A DNA stretch of 63,425 bases, filler included, from Octopus bimaculoides (GCF_001194135.2; 4 parts of 4 records of this genome joined end to end with filler, not necessarily neighbours in it), one strand, 5' to 3'; counted from the whole stretch's first letter, positions 36,801 through 50,539 are shown. Notes: generated by a model not told the origin, from the sequence alone. Translations and numbers: made by a program.

Positions 36801-37258
36801 GCAACATCGACATCAATAACAAAAGGAAAACAACAACAATTAGGACATTTTNNNNNNNNNNNNNNNNNNNNNNNNNNNNNNNNNNNNNNNNNNNNNNNNN
36901 NNNNNNNNNNNNNNNNNNNNNNNNNNNNNNNNNNNNNNNNNNNNNNNNNNNNNNNNNNNNNNNNNNNNNNNNNNNNNNNNNNNNNNNNNNNNNNNNNNNN
37001 NNNNNNNNNNNNNNNNNNNNNNNNNNNNNNNNNNNNNNNNNNNNNNNNNNNNNNNNNNNNNNNNNNNNNNNNNNGAATCTCGCTCCACTTCTCCAGCCCT
37101 TGAGACCGGCGTAAAAATATTTGTGAAATTCCATAAAGAAATTCACCAGCAAAACCCACCACTACCAACACCACCATTACCACCACCACCATCAATACCA
37201 GCACCACCACCACCACCACCAGCAACACCATCCCTACCGTCATCATCATCAGCCTCAC

Positions 37259-37297
<39 letters not shown>

Positions 37298-37320
37298 TCA
37301 TCATCATCATTATTATCATT

Positions 37321-37358
<38 letters not shown>

Positions 37359-37381
37359 TCATCATCATCATTATTATCACT

Positions 37382-37416
<35 letters not shown>

Positions 37417-37720
37417 TCATCATCATCATTATTATCATTATCATCATCATCATCATCATCATCATCAACCTCATCACCATCGTCGTCGTCATCATCACCA
37501 TCATGATTATCGCCATTATCGTCATCGTCATCGTCGTCGTCGTCATCATCATCATCATCATCATCATCATCACCGCCCGTGCTACCGTCACTTTCACGAC
37601 CACAACCAAATCCATGACGACGACGACGACCTCCACCTTCACCACCGCCACCACCAACATCACCGCTACCAGCATCATCATCATCATCATCATCACCATC
37701 ATCATCATCATCGTTATCTG
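36330..37720. repeat. Compound trinucleotide microsatellite mosaic (CAT, CGT, CAG, CAA, CAC) interrupted by a gap
   Basis: Directly visible; source of the poly-H/S/I/Q/M ORFs. Confidence 0.95.
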
Positions 37721-38768
37721 AATTTTCCCATTCACTCCTGTATTCACATGCTCAAGCGTGAATATAAAATGGATTTATAACGGTCAAACAACTTGTTTGA
37801 AAATAGAAAGAATGAAACAACAAAAAGAAAAAACAGAAAAAAGAACAAAAAAAAATTTACTGGACCTCGTGGGACAAGGTGATGGCAGAGCGTAAATAGC
37901 TTCAAATCCACCTGATCTCTCTGTTCTTGACTGCTATCTTATTTAAATCGGTTGTACTAAAAGAAGNNNNNNNNNNNNNNNNNNNNNNNNNNNNNNNNNN
38001 NNNNNNNNNNNNNNNNNNNNNNNNNNNNNNNNNNNNNNNNNNNNNNNNNNNNNNNNNNNNNNNNNNNNNNNNNNNNNNNNNNNNNNNNNNNNNNNNNNNN
38101 NNNNNNNNNNNNNNNNNNNNNNNNNNNNNNNNNNNNNNNNNNNNNNNNNNNNNNNNNNNNNNNNNNNNNNNNNNNNNNNNNNNNNNNNNNNNNNNNNNNN
38201 NNNNNNNNNNNNNNNNNNNNNNNNNNNNNNNNNNNNNNNNNNNNNNNNNNNNNNNNNNNNNNNNNNNNNNNNNNNNNNNNNNNNNNNNNNNNNNNNNNNN
38301 NNNNNNNNNNNNNNNNNNNNNNNNNNNNNNNNNNNNNNNNNNNNNNNNNNNNNNNNNNNNNNNNNNNNNNNNNNNNNNNNNNNNNNNNNNNNNNNNNNNN
38401 NNNNNNNNNNNNNNNNNNNNNNNNNNNNNNNNNNNNNNNNNNNNNNNNNNNNNNNNNNNNNNNNNNNNNNNNNNNNNNNNNNNNNAAAAGCATAAATAAA
38501 TAAAAGGAGAAAAGAAAATAATGAAAAAATTCATAAAAGGGCCGCAAAATAAATAGACGCTTTTGGCCTGTCTGTGGAATCATGGATTTACATAATCTAG
38601 GTCTGTCATTGCTCGGAGATACAGATTCAAAAGATCCCCTTCCCTCAGCCTTGCTACACCGACATCTAATGGGATGCTGTGGTAGCTTCGCTTCTTTTTC
38701 TTGTTTCTTTGTTTTCCTCAACGAGGTCGCTACACGCATCGTTTCTCTCTCCTCCCCACCTTCACTCT

Positions 38769-38804
<36 letters not shown>

Positions 38805-39694
38805 TTCTCTTCACACATACAAGCACAGGCGCAAATACACATACGTATACAAAAAAAATAATTAATAAATGTAAAACCACGATAATCTCCCTTCTTTACC
38901 CCTCTCCTTCTTTCTTTCTCTCTTCTGTATTTCTATCTTGGACTTCAAAATATATATAAGCTATCGTCGTTATCGTTATTAATACCTAGCCAGGGCTAAC
39001 AACTATGATCAAATATCTTCCAGCTGTGGCCATCCCATCCATATTTTTGTATATCAGACTACACTGTCCAATATAATCTCTCCTTTAGACAGTAGAATTT
39101 ATTTTAAGGAAAGTCTGGGAGCTTTTGCATGCAAGTTAGACAACAAGCAAGAGCTCCCTAGCGGCGTTCTTGTAGCCCTTCAGCACCATATCAGTGTGAT
39201 AACCTTCATATTAATTCAAAGACATTCTGCTGGTGTCCATTCCGTTGTTTCTGTATATTTTACATCATCTCTCTCTCTCCTTCTCCCTCTTCCTCGCCGC
39301 TTTCTGTCTAAGTCCCCAAGTGTGTTTGTCTATCTGCTTGTCTGTCTCTGCTTGTATGTGTGTATGTATGTTGTGTTTTTCTTTGCATATATATATTCGA
39401 AACGCTTAGTTTTAGACTGGTGGCAGCTGATGAAGGAAATGTCCTCTATGTGGCCTGTGTGTTCTCTGTGGTCTGATTATGTTCTGTTTCTCATTTTGTC
39501 CACGTTTTTTTTTGCAACGTCCTGTACCCAGATATGCATCTATATATACATGTAGATATAGGTATGTACATACATGTACGTATATATGTATATACTCACA
39601 TATTTTTTCTATTATATATATATATCCTTCTATGTAAGTCTGTATATGTATATATACATGCACTCTCGTAATATGCCGTACACTCATATATATA

Positions 39695-39904
39695 CGAGGG
39701 GTCGGTGAAAAGTTCCTGGCTTTGGGTAAAAGAAAATCCAGGAGGATCAGTTAATTATGATTTTATTTAACGTATTCCCATCTCAGATTCACACATTTAT
39801 TGCAGCGGTCCTTGAGTTTTTCGAAGCCCTGTAAAAGAACTCTGAATCCTCCAACCTTGCCTTTCGCGATCCCTTGAAGCTAGGAACCATTCAACAACCC
39901 CTCG
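39695..39904. mobile_element. mariner-type MITE / internally deleted element
   Basis: Left TA|CGAGGGGTCGGTGAAAAGTTCCTGG; right ttcaacaacccctcg is the partial reverse complement. Confidence 0.7.
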
Positions 39905-41749
39905 TCTACCCGAGCTCCGAGCTCTGAGCTTCGACTATGGTACGATGTAGCATGTTAACGTTTTCATTCTTCGTTCCTTAACGAAATCTGCCCATCTTTT
40001 CGTTTCTTCCTCTCTGCCTAGTTTTCCTACCACAATTCTGTGAAGAACGATCTTTGCAAGGCCACCAATTTTGTTACATTGTCATGACATCTCCTCATTA
40101 TTTTTCACTTATTTTTGTGGAAAGGCCTTCAAGAAGACTAACGTATTGCTGGATAGTAAAAAAGAGCAACTTTTTATGTTGTTGTCTATGTTGTACGACA
40201 AAGGTGTATTTTACAGATTGACGAATCAATATTCCATAAATCTGATCGCTTAAAATTATGCTACATTTTATGACATACGGATTTTCCAGGCATTTAACCC
40301 CAGGTCGGCCCAGATAGAGCCCTTCAGTTACACCGTTATTTAACAGGTGATTATTTCAGGCCATTGAACATTAGCGTGTTCATTGTCAAAACCTTCAGAA
40401 GCTCCATCATCATATGTAGTACTACAATATCTAGTCTCTTCTTGTTTTTTAAGTCGGTAGAATGTAACTTGAGAGAGTTTTGGTTGGTATTTCTAGCAGA
40501 TGGAGCTTCCACCTAAAGACTACTACGTTGGCTGGTTAACCGACACAAGATACAAGGGATACTAGCAATCGCTATTACTTCTTAGTTTTAGACTTCACGC
40601 ACACATACGCTAAAATGTGATGTAACAAGGATGTCGTTCCCATTTCTAGCATGTCGGGTGACCGTTTAGCTCATATAGTAGTTACGTGTATGGGTTGTAT
40701 TTAGAATTTCCTTCTTTACTGTCCAGTTATTATTTTTTTTCTGTATGTCTGTCTATTTCTGGCATTGTTGTCGCTACTGTTCTTTTTTCGATTTTGTTTG
40801 GAGACCCGGGTCAGCTGAAACCGAGGAAGGTGTCTGCCGTCCAATGACTAAAAGTGACCCACACATTCAGTAAACTCAGGACACAACGTTCTCTTGTCTG
40901 CTTGCTATTATTGCTACTGGCTTACATTAATGCAACAAACTGGCAGAGTCGGTAGCACGACGAGCATATCGTCCGTCTCTGAGTTCAAATTACGTCGAGG
41001 ATGACTTTCTTTGACTTTTGTCCTTTAGAGGCCGAAAAAATTTCGTACCAGTTGCGACCACCATTATTATTTTAAAATTAGCTATTATTTCTAGCAGGTT
41101 GAGTGACTGTTTAAGATTCGTGTAGAGCAGTGTGGCTTTGTTATAATTATATAACAGTTTAGAAGAGAGCGAATGGAGCTGAAATGTGCATTTTGATAGG
41201 TGGAGTACAGGTGACTAAATGACAGGCATCTTTTAGTTTCATATATCTAGTCCAGAGTTCAATTCCTGCTGGTGTCGACTTTTCATTTCGTTAAATAGAC
41301 ACTAGTGAATACTGCTATAAATATTTCTTCTTATATCAAAGTGAGAATGGGTGTTGTACTATTTAGGACTCTGTACCACGTACCTCATCTATGATGCCCT
41401 ACCGCAAGTTCTGGCAGAAATAATTGTTATGTTTCTCCCTTGCAACATAACCTAGGGTCTTACAAAAGAATAAAAAGGAAAGCCATGTCGGATAGTGTGA
41501 TCTTAGGTGCATTAGGCAACCGGGTAAAATATTTTTCATCAAAGGTCTGATCCATCGGAACCGTGTTGGATGTGTCAACAGAGACAACAACGGAATGCAC
41601 CACCACCACCAGTAACAACAAGAACAACAACTTCGACGTCCCTACTGTCTCCGCCGCCGCTGCAACCCCCACAACCATCCCCAATGCTACCACTACCACC
41701 ACCATCACCCCTCCACACACACAGATACATACATGCATATATATATACA

Positions 41750-41905
41750 CGACGGGCTTCTTTCAGTTTTCTTCTATCAAATCCACCCACAAGGTTTTGG
41801 TCACCCCGGGGGGCTCTAGTGGATGTCACATGCCCAAGGTGCCGCACATTGGGATTGAAACCAAGACCACATGTTTGGGAAGCAAGCTTCTTACTACACA
41901 ATCAC
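41750..41905 (-). mobile_element. SINE family 2, truncated
   Basis: gacgggcttctttcagttt...ggaagcaagcttcttactaca. Confidence 0.8.
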
Positions 41906-41909
41906 ATCT

Positions 41910-42600
41910 GTAATGAAATTCATTTCAGTTAGATTAATTTGATTTAAATTATAACGTAACTCTAATTAATTTAACTTATTATGAAGTGTATTTAAGTTTG
42001 AATTATCTTAAAGTTGAGTAATTAAATTCAAATTACTAAATTAGTATAATCAAGTGTCATAGTCTTAATGTAATTATATTTCCGTATGAAGTTTGTGTAA
42101 CTAAAATTATCATAAATTTAGCTTAATTAGTTTTACCTGCTTAAACTTAACACATTATTCAGTTAATACGTTTGAATTACCATTAATATTGAATTGATGA
42201 CATTTTCTTATTAATTTTGTGTAATTAAACGTAACTTCTTACGGAATCAGTCTCGTTAAAGTAAACGTTTAAATTAAGTATCATTAGATTTAACTTCATA
42301 TAAAGCTTGGGAAATAAAATATAAATACTTATAAAGCTTAGTATAACTTAAAGAAGTTAATATTTAACTATGTTTACATTTCACGTTATCCATAGCGAAG
42401 GTTAAAAGCTGTTAAGCTTAACTGATTACGAGTATTATTTTAAATTTTAGTTTAAATTATATAATTATTTTTACGAAATATAATTTAATATTCAGTTAGC
42501 GTATTGAAGTTTGGCATTTGAACATACTGCAACATCATCCTTTTTTTCAAATACATTTAATATGATAAAGCTTAACTTATGAAATTAGTAATAAATTAGT
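41910..42600. repeat. Very AT-rich, palindrome-rich cryptic repeat tract
   Basis: Dense TTAA/AATT/AACTT/AAGTT words; AAGCTT at 42303, 42334, 42414, 42568; no simple microsatellite. Confidence 0.6.
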
Positions 42601-42671
42601 ATAACTCAAAAACACGCACATGTTCACAACTCACACACACACCTGTACATATATGTGTATGTGTGAGTATA

Positions 42672-42741
<70 letters not shown>

Positions 42742-43370
42742 GTATGTATGTATGTATGTATGCATGTATGTATATGCATACATACATACTTTGGCATAAA
42801 TTTGTTACAACATTGATTGAAATAAATTCAGAATCTTGGCCACCCAACCGGCGAACCATCGAACCATCGAAGCATATATTTCGACATGTAATTATCCAAA
42901 ACACCATGTTGTCATATCCAATGACTAGACATAAATCCGAGCACCCGATCTCCACCCGCTTCTCTCGCATCAATCAGATGCTATCTCAAACAGAATTTCA
43001 GTGTGTCCAGCTCTAAGAGCTTATTCCAAGCATCTGTTCCAGTCATATAATAACCATTTATGTTAAATTCTAACAACCTAACATTCCAGGTTTCTATCCA
43101 GATAAAATAAACTACCCTCACACAAAAATGCTCGCAGCTCATCACTCCGTCACCACAAATATATCGTACAAAACCTCCATCCGTCAGTACACCCATCCAC
43201 ACATCCACCCATCCAATTGACCGTTCGCCCGTACATACATCCATCCGTTCGTCCGTCCGTCCGTCTTTGTCCGAAGTATATATTCATTTATATATCTACA
43301 CATCCCTCCCTCTCTCCATCTGTCTGTCTGTCTGTCTGTCTATCTATCCATTTATCTAATCTATCTATCC

Positions 43371-43412
<42 letters not shown>

Positions 43413-43923
43413 TTCTGTCCTTCAATCCATCTGTCTTCCCATCCGTCCATCCGGCCGTATGTATGTCCGTCCTACCATCATCTATTTATTCAAGTATCCA
43501 GTCAGTAAGCTAACCAGCCAGCAAACCATCCGGCACGCCAGACTAATACTCCTTCCCATCTCGCCCACCCCCTCACCCCTACTGCCTACCCAACATCCGT
43601 TTTCTTTCTACATGCATTTCTGCATGGAGTCAATTGGCAGGCCTGTCTGCCATGCAACCCAGCACACCGACAAATTTCACTAAACACGCAGCCGAGCAGA
43701 CAGGCAAAGAGGACCAGCATGGTCAGTGTAATATCTCTGACCGTTTAGGAGAAACAGATAATAATCAATAGAATCTGTGTGAGCGCGCGAGCATGCGTTT
43801 GTGTACATGTGTGTACATGTTTGCATGAGGCTGCGCGAGTACGTGCGCACGTATGAATACACACATATGTGTGTGTGCGTGTGTTTGTGTGTATATATGT
43901 ATATATATATATGTATGTATATA

Positions 43924-43967
<44 letters not shown>

Positions 43968-44159
43968 NNNNNNNNNNNNNNNNNNNNNNNNNNNNNNNNN
44001 NNNNNNNNNNNTTAATTAATTAANNNNNNNNNNNNNNNNNNNNNNNNNNNNNNNNNNNNNNNNNNNNATAAAGCATCGTTTGCAAAACGAATTCAATTTC
44101 ATTCCAAGAATTCCATTCTAAAATCAAAACAATATTTCATGATAAAACCATTATAGAGC

Positions 44160-44218
<59 letters not shown>

Positions 44219-44483
44219 ATTGTTACTACTATGTTAAACTGTCGTATGTCTAAATTTGGCCATATGCATTTTTTAAAAATATTTATCTTTGCTTGCAATA
44301 GCCGGTTTTTTGGGTCAAACTATCGTATCTCCAGCTGCTTCAGATGTCAAGATATCAGATATTGTCAAAGTGTACAACAGATATTGTACAACAGTTTTGC
44401 TATGGAATGGTGAAACTATTTTTTCGTTTTCTGTAAAAAAAAGAGCAATGTTTTGGACTTACGACACTTTTGCATAACAGCGA

Positions 44484-44534
<51 letters not shown>

Positions 44535-44631
44535 TTGGTTTGCCCCAGAATGACTGCAACTTTCAAGCTGAAACAATTTAAAGATATTAAGATTTTAAAG
44601 CGTTATATATATATATATATATATATATATA

Positions 44632-44780
44632 CAACGGGCTTCTTTCAGTTTCTGACTACTAAATCCAGTCACAAAGCTTTGGTCAGCTCGAAGCTATAGA
44701 AGAAAACACTTGCCCAAGACGCTACAAAGTGGGACTGAACCTGGAACCAACTTCTTTTTACACAGCCACGCCTGCCCCTA
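44632..44780 (-). mobile_element. SINE family 2, truncated
   Basis: caacgggcttctttcagtttc...cacttgcccaag...gtgggactgaacctggaacc. Confidence 0.8.
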
Positions 44781-44819
44781 TATGTGCGTGTACATGCAGC
44801 TACGCGCGCTCGCGCGTCT

Positions 44820-45200
44820 GTGTGATAAGAAGCAGGCTTCTTAACCACATGGTTCCGGGTTCAGTACCACTGCGTGACAGCTTGGGCAAGTGTCTTTTAC
44901 TTTAGCTTCAGGCCTTGTGAGTGGATTTGGTAGACGGAAACTGAAAGAAGTCCGTCGTGTATGTATGTGTGTTTGTGTGTCTATGTGTCTGTGTGTTTGT
45001 GTCTGTGTTTATTCCCCACCATCGCTTCACAAGCGATGTTGGTGTGTTTACGTCCCCGTAATCTAGGGGTTTGGTAAAGAGTCCGATAGAATAAGTACTA
45101 GGCTTACAAAGAATAAGTCCTGGGGACGATTTCTTCGACTAAAATACCCTTTAAGGCGGTGCTCCTGCATGGCCGCAGCCAAATGACTGAGATAAATAAG
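44820..45200 (+). mobile_element. SINE family 2, near full length (CORE-like cttgggcaagtgtctt domain)
   Basis: Head tgtgataagaagcaggcttcttaaccacatggttccgggttcagtaccactgcg; tail ccgatagaataagtactaggc...gcatggccgcag. Confidence 0.85.
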
Positions 45201-45719
45201 AGAATAAAAGTATATATATATGTATATATAGAGAGAGAGAGGGGGAGGGAGAGAGGGAGAGAAAGGGGGGAGAGAGGGAGAAAGAGAAGGGAGAGAGAGA
45301 GAGAGAGAGAGAGAAGAGAGATAAATAGATAAAGAGGGACGGAAATTATGTGGGAGAGGTCATAATTGGGTGTAAATTTCGACATCACTTAGTCGTATGT
45401 TTATGTTGGAGAGCAATGGGTGTTGGAAATTGAAAACGATGAGTTTCCAATTCCCACGCTGAACGCCCTTATAGCAACGACCCTCAGGTCCTTTTACATT
45501 TTTAATTAACCTCTGTCAAGTTGAAGATGTGGAGAGGTCAAATTTCAGCTTTACATTTCGTGCCTTTGAAGATCGATAACAATAATTACCATTTCCCTCC
45601 AAAAGTTTTGGTATCGTGGATCGATGTGGAAAGTCAATACAGTCCGGCATTTGGAATATTATTAAGACACCAAATGGTGCCGGGAGGGTTGAGAGTGCGT
45701 CAGTATAACAGAAAGGCAA

Positions 45720-46370
45720 TTAATATTGGTTTCTAATTTTGGCACACAGCCAGGAATTTTAGGGGACTGGTAAGACGATTATATCGATCCTCTGTGCTCA
45801 ACTGGTATTTATTTTATCAAACCCCGGAAGGATGTAAGGCAAGGTCGACCTCGGCGGAATTTGAACTCAGATTATAAAGCGGGTCGAAAGGCAACCCAGC
45901 ATTTTGCTCGGCGTGCTAACAATTTTGCCATTTCGCCACCTTCGAATGGCGGTTACATTCCTTTCTACTCTAGGCACAAAGCCTGAAAGGGAGGGGCGCA
46001 GTCGATTACACCGACTCCAGTGTTTCACTGGCTCTTAATTCATCGACCCCGAAAGGATGAAAGGCAAAGTCGACCTCGACGGAATTTGAACTCAGANNNN
46101 NNNNNNNNNNNNNNNNNNNNNNNNNNNNNNNNNNNNNNNNNNNNNNNNNNNNNNNNNNNNNNNNNNNNNNNNNNNNNNNNNNNNNNNNNNNNNNNNNNNN
46201 NNNNNNNNNNNNNNNNNNNNNNNNNNNNNNNNNNNNNNNNNNNNNNNNNNNNNNNNNNNNNNNNNNNNNNNNNNNNNNNNNNNNNNNNNNNNNNNNNNNN
46301 NNNNNNNNNNNNNNNAATACCGCTAAGCATTTCGCCCGGCGCGCTACCGATTCTGCCAGCTCGCCGCCTG
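45720..46370 (-). mobile_element. Two adjacent SINE family 1 copies, the second split by a gap
   Basis: aaggtcgacctcggcggaatttgaactcag at ~45841 and aaagtcgacctcgacggaatttgaactcag at ~46066; head gccagctcgccgcc ~46356. Confidence 0.8.
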
Positions 46371-46544
46371 TAAGCATGAGTAAGCAAGTATGAAATGTTC
46401 AAGAAAATGCACTTCCCTGGGCTAGAATCGAAATCACGCCCTACCGATCGTGAGCACATCACCCTAACCACAAGACAACGTAAATGTTTATCTCTATAGA
46501 GCAGTGCTCCGCATCCGACAGATGCGGAATACAAATGTGCCATG

Positions 46545-46690
46545 AGACGATGCTAGGTGTGCCGCAGTGTAACCTGAATATAAATATTTTTCCAATACTT
46601 TTAGTTATATTTTGTAGTTCAGGGGTGCCGCCGAATTTTGAAAAGTGTATAAGTGTGCCGCGAGTGAAAAAAGCTTGCAGAGCTGCTATA
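46545..46690. mobile_element. Possible hAT-type non-autonomous element terminus
   Basis: Three GTGCCGC motifs ending aagtgtgccgcgagtgaaaaaagcttgcagagctgct resemble hAT subterminal ends I recall; no second terminus seen. Confidence 0.35.
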
Positions 46691-46729
46691 AATTTCAGAG
46701 CCAGCACTACAAATTTGCTTCCCAACCAC

Positions 46730-47044
46730 TACAAATTTGCTTCCCAACCACATGGTTCCAGGTTCAGTCCCACTGCATGGCACCTTGGGCGAATGTTTTC
46801 AGCTATAGCCTCGGGCCGACCAAAGCCTTTTATTCTTTTACTTGTTTCAGTCATTTGACTGAGACCATACTGGAGCATCGCCTTGATGAATTTTAGTCGA
46901 GCAAATCGACCCCAGGACATATTTATTTTTAAGTCTAGTACTTATTCTATCGGTCGGTTTTTGCCGAACCGCTGTTCGGGACATAAACACACTAACACCT
47001 GTTGCCAAGTGATGATGAGTGCAAGGATAAACAAAAACACAAAG

Positions 47045-47101
<57 letters not shown>

Positions 47102-47410
47102 CACGATGGGCTTCTTTCAGTTTCCTTTTACCAAATCCACACACAAGTCGTATATATGTACATGTGTAAACGTGTGTGTGTGTGTCTGTCTGTGTTCGCG
47201 CGCGTATGTACGTGCTTGCGTTTGTCTCCCATCACCGTTTGACAACCAGTGCTGGCTTCTTTGCGTCTCCGTAACTTAGCAGTTCGCAAAAAAATACCGA
47301 TAGAATAAGTGCCAGGCTTTGAAAAAGTGAACTAGGGTCAATTTGTTCGACTAAAACCTTCAAGGAGTGCTCCAGCATGGCCACAGTCCAATGGTTGAAA
47401 GATGTAAAAG
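46730..47410 (+). mobile_element. Cluster of SINE family 2 fragments in mixed orientation around a (CA)n/(TA)n tract
   Basis: Head ttgcttcccaaccacatggttccaggttcagtccc (~46736), minus-strand tail piece ~46850-47035, plus-strand tail ~47230-47410. Confidence 0.7.
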
Positions 47411-47779
47411 TATAAAAGAATATATATATACACACACACACACAGACACATGAATATATATGTACAAAATTGTACATATGCATATAGACACACATCTATA
47501 TCTGTGTGCGTCTATGTACATAAATATGTGTATATATGTATGTGTGTTTGTGTATACACACACAGGCACACATATAGAAGAAGCGAGAGACGCAAATAGC
47601 TACATATTTAGATCTATATATACTTCAATTAAATATAGTAAGATGAAATGGGGGTGCTATTTCTAGCAGGTCAAGCCTACACCTAGAAGACAGCTTATGG
47701 ACCACGTGGATCAGGGAAGGAAGGAAGAGACAGACAGGAAGGTCTTGCAGACAACAGAGACAGACTAAAGGAGGAAGAT

Positions 47780-47841
<62 letters not shown>

Positions 47842-48339
47842 ACACATATATGTATATATACACACACATATTCATAGAGAGAGAGTGGGGAGAGATGAAG
47901 AAGGGGGAGAGATCTGATATCTACCAATCAGCAACGTTGTCTCAGAGATAGCGATCGATCAGTAATAGCACCGTATGCGTGATTAATTAACATTGTGATA
48001 CATCCAGTGCATTCTGCAGTGCGGGGAATGATTCTATCTGAAAATCTTTTGAAATGAAACGAAATAGATAAATAAATAAATAAATATATTTATAAAGGCT
48101 TCGCTCCTGTCTACACCGCTATCAGCAGTATATTACTATGATTAATATATACATGAATGTTTATATATATATATATGTGTGTGTGGTATGTGTGTGTGCG
48201 CGCGCAGATTTCCATAAATATATGCAGGTTTATTTATATATATATATATTGTATATATGTTTGTATGTATATATATGTTTGTATGTATCTTTCTGTTTCC
48301 CTGTTTCTCTCTCTCTCTCTTTTTCTGTCTCTCTTTCTC

Positions 48340-48391
<52 letters not shown>

Positions 48392-49005
48392 NNNNNNNNN
48401 NNNNNNNNNNNNNNNNNNNNNNNNNNNNNNNNNNNNNNNNNNNNNNNNNNNNNNNNNNNNNNNNNNNNNNNNNNNNNNNNNNNNNNNNNNNNNNNNNNNN
48501 NNNNNNNNNNNNNNNNNNNNNNNNNNNNNNNNNNNNNNNNNNNNNNNNNNNNNNNNNNNNNNNNNNNNNNNNNNNNNNNNNNNNNNNNNNNNNNNNNNNN
48601 NNNNNNNNNNNNNNNNNNNNNNNNNNNNNNNNNNNNNNNNNNNNNNNNNNNNNNNNNNNNNNNNNNNNNNNNNNNNNNNNNNNNNNNNNNNNNNNNNNNN
48701 NNNNNNNNNNNNNNNNNNNNNNNNNNNNNNNNNNNNNNNNNNNNNNNNNNNNNNNNNNNNNNNNNNNNNNNNNNNNNNNNNNNNNNNNNNNNNNNNNNNN
48801 NNNNNNNNNNNNNNNNNNNNNNNNNNNNNNNNNNNNNNNNNNNNNNNNNNNNNNNNNNNNNNNNNNNNNNATAAGGGTGTGCACAGCACCAGACTTCAAT
48901 TTACTAAAATATACTAATATCAAACTTTTATACTCCATGACACTTGACAAAATGTATTAAGATGAAGTATGTGACGGTGGTAGTGGTGGTGGTGGTGGTG
49001 GTGGA

Positions 49006-49041
<36 letters not shown>

Positions 49042-49045
49042 TTTG

Positions 49046-49085
<40 letters not shown>

Positions 49086-49135
49086 TGTGATATTTAGTGG
49101 AGATATGGCTGTGGTAATATGTATCTATACATGTA

Positions 49136-49950
49136 CAGAGTACGGTGAATAAACTGTCATCTAAGCTACGCAAAAATGAAAATAACACTGAAATCTCATT
49201 TTAAGATATATAATGTCGCCATTGGCTTCAACCATGGCCTCCAAACGACTTCAGAATCTCCTGCAACTCTTCTGGACAGTCTCCTTGTTTAAGTTGCTAA
49301 ATGCTGCCATAATCCTTGCCTTCAGTTCATTTTTGGAGTTTCAAGTTTTGTTGGTCTCTCGCTCAATTTCGCCTCACACATAATAATCAAGAGGGGTGCA
49401 GTTTGGGGAGTTAAGTGGCCAGATGTTAGGGGTGATGTGGTCGCAGAAACTGTCTGACAGCCATGACTGGCTTCTCCTGCTCGTGTGGCAATGTGCAGAA
49501 TCCTGTTGCCAGACATAGGTTCTTTCAGCAGCCACCCTCTTGACCCAGGGCAGCCGTACCTCCTCCAGGTACTTGATGTAGGCCTCTGTGTTGTGTCTTA
49601 GGCCGTGTACGAAGATGAATGGAGACAGAACGTCGCCATTACTAGTGATTATTCCAAACACCATGATGTTGACTGGGTGTTTGATTTCTATCACTCTTGG
49701 TACATGTCCTCAGATAGTACTGTCCTGAGATTGACACCCAAACACTCTGAAATGTTCGTATTGGAGCTTCCGGCGCGAATGACAAGCAGTACAACATGTC
49801 GTTTCCAAATTTCTAACAGAGTGAATTGTGTCATGGTGTTGTTTTTCTCACAGACGGTACCCAACTGACCCTACTACACTGTAAAATCAAAAACAAACAA
49901 TGCGCAGGATTAAATATATAAAATTACGACAATTTACTCATTGCACGTTG
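49136..49950 (-). mobile_element. Internally deleted DD37D (maT-type) IS630-Tc1-mariner transposon with both TIRs and TA target duplications
   Basis: TA|CAGAGTACGGTGAATAAACTGTC ... CGACAATTTACTCATTGCACGTTG|TA. ORF 49374-49694 has QQD-(37 aa)-D (counted), WPLNSPNCTPLDYY; N-terminal MTQFTLLEIWKRH at ~49834 joins the catalytic region directly. Confidence 0.9.
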
Positions 49951-50539
49951 TATATATTCATATTTGCATACGTACATACATAGATGTATGCACACATACA
50001 TGTTTTATTGTATGTGTTTGTACACACATACACGCGCGCGCGCATGCACGCACACATACCATACACACTTATACATATGATACATATATATGTAGTGATT
50101 TATTGTAGCTAAAAAGCTTCCTAAACTGTTGGTTTCATCTAAGCGATCATCAGAGTTGAACTTTTGTGAAAATACAATGGTTTATAAATGTTTATAAATG
50201 GTGCAGTGATAACTATTTATCAACACATCCACTAAACATTTAAAGCTCATTGGACATGAGGCTATTACTTTTGAAAATAACAAGAATGTTTTGGATAAAA
50301 ACGACCAGTCGTTGACGAATACTAATATATGATTTTAAAAACATTGTGCTTGGGTGTACTTAAACACAGGGACCTGGTCACCAAGGGGGCCCATCTTCCT
50401 GTCCAAAACTTTTTTACGATGAATTTCCTAAGCATGTATGCCTGACTGTGCAAGCAAGAGGCCTCATAACTTAACTAGCAAAGGGCCTCATTTGTCCTAA
50501 ATCCAGGATTGGATGAGTTAGAAAATTATTATCGAATAT

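Noticed and set aside
40807-40860. CCGAGGAAGGTGTCTGCCG inside a GGGTCA/TGACCC hairpin, resembling a hammerhead relic
   Set aside because: Lacks the GAAA box entirely and has a core mismatch.
46705-46748. 22-bp tandem duplication CACTACAAATTTGCTTCCCAAC at a SINE 5' end
   Set aside because: Ordinary local slippage or insertion by-product.
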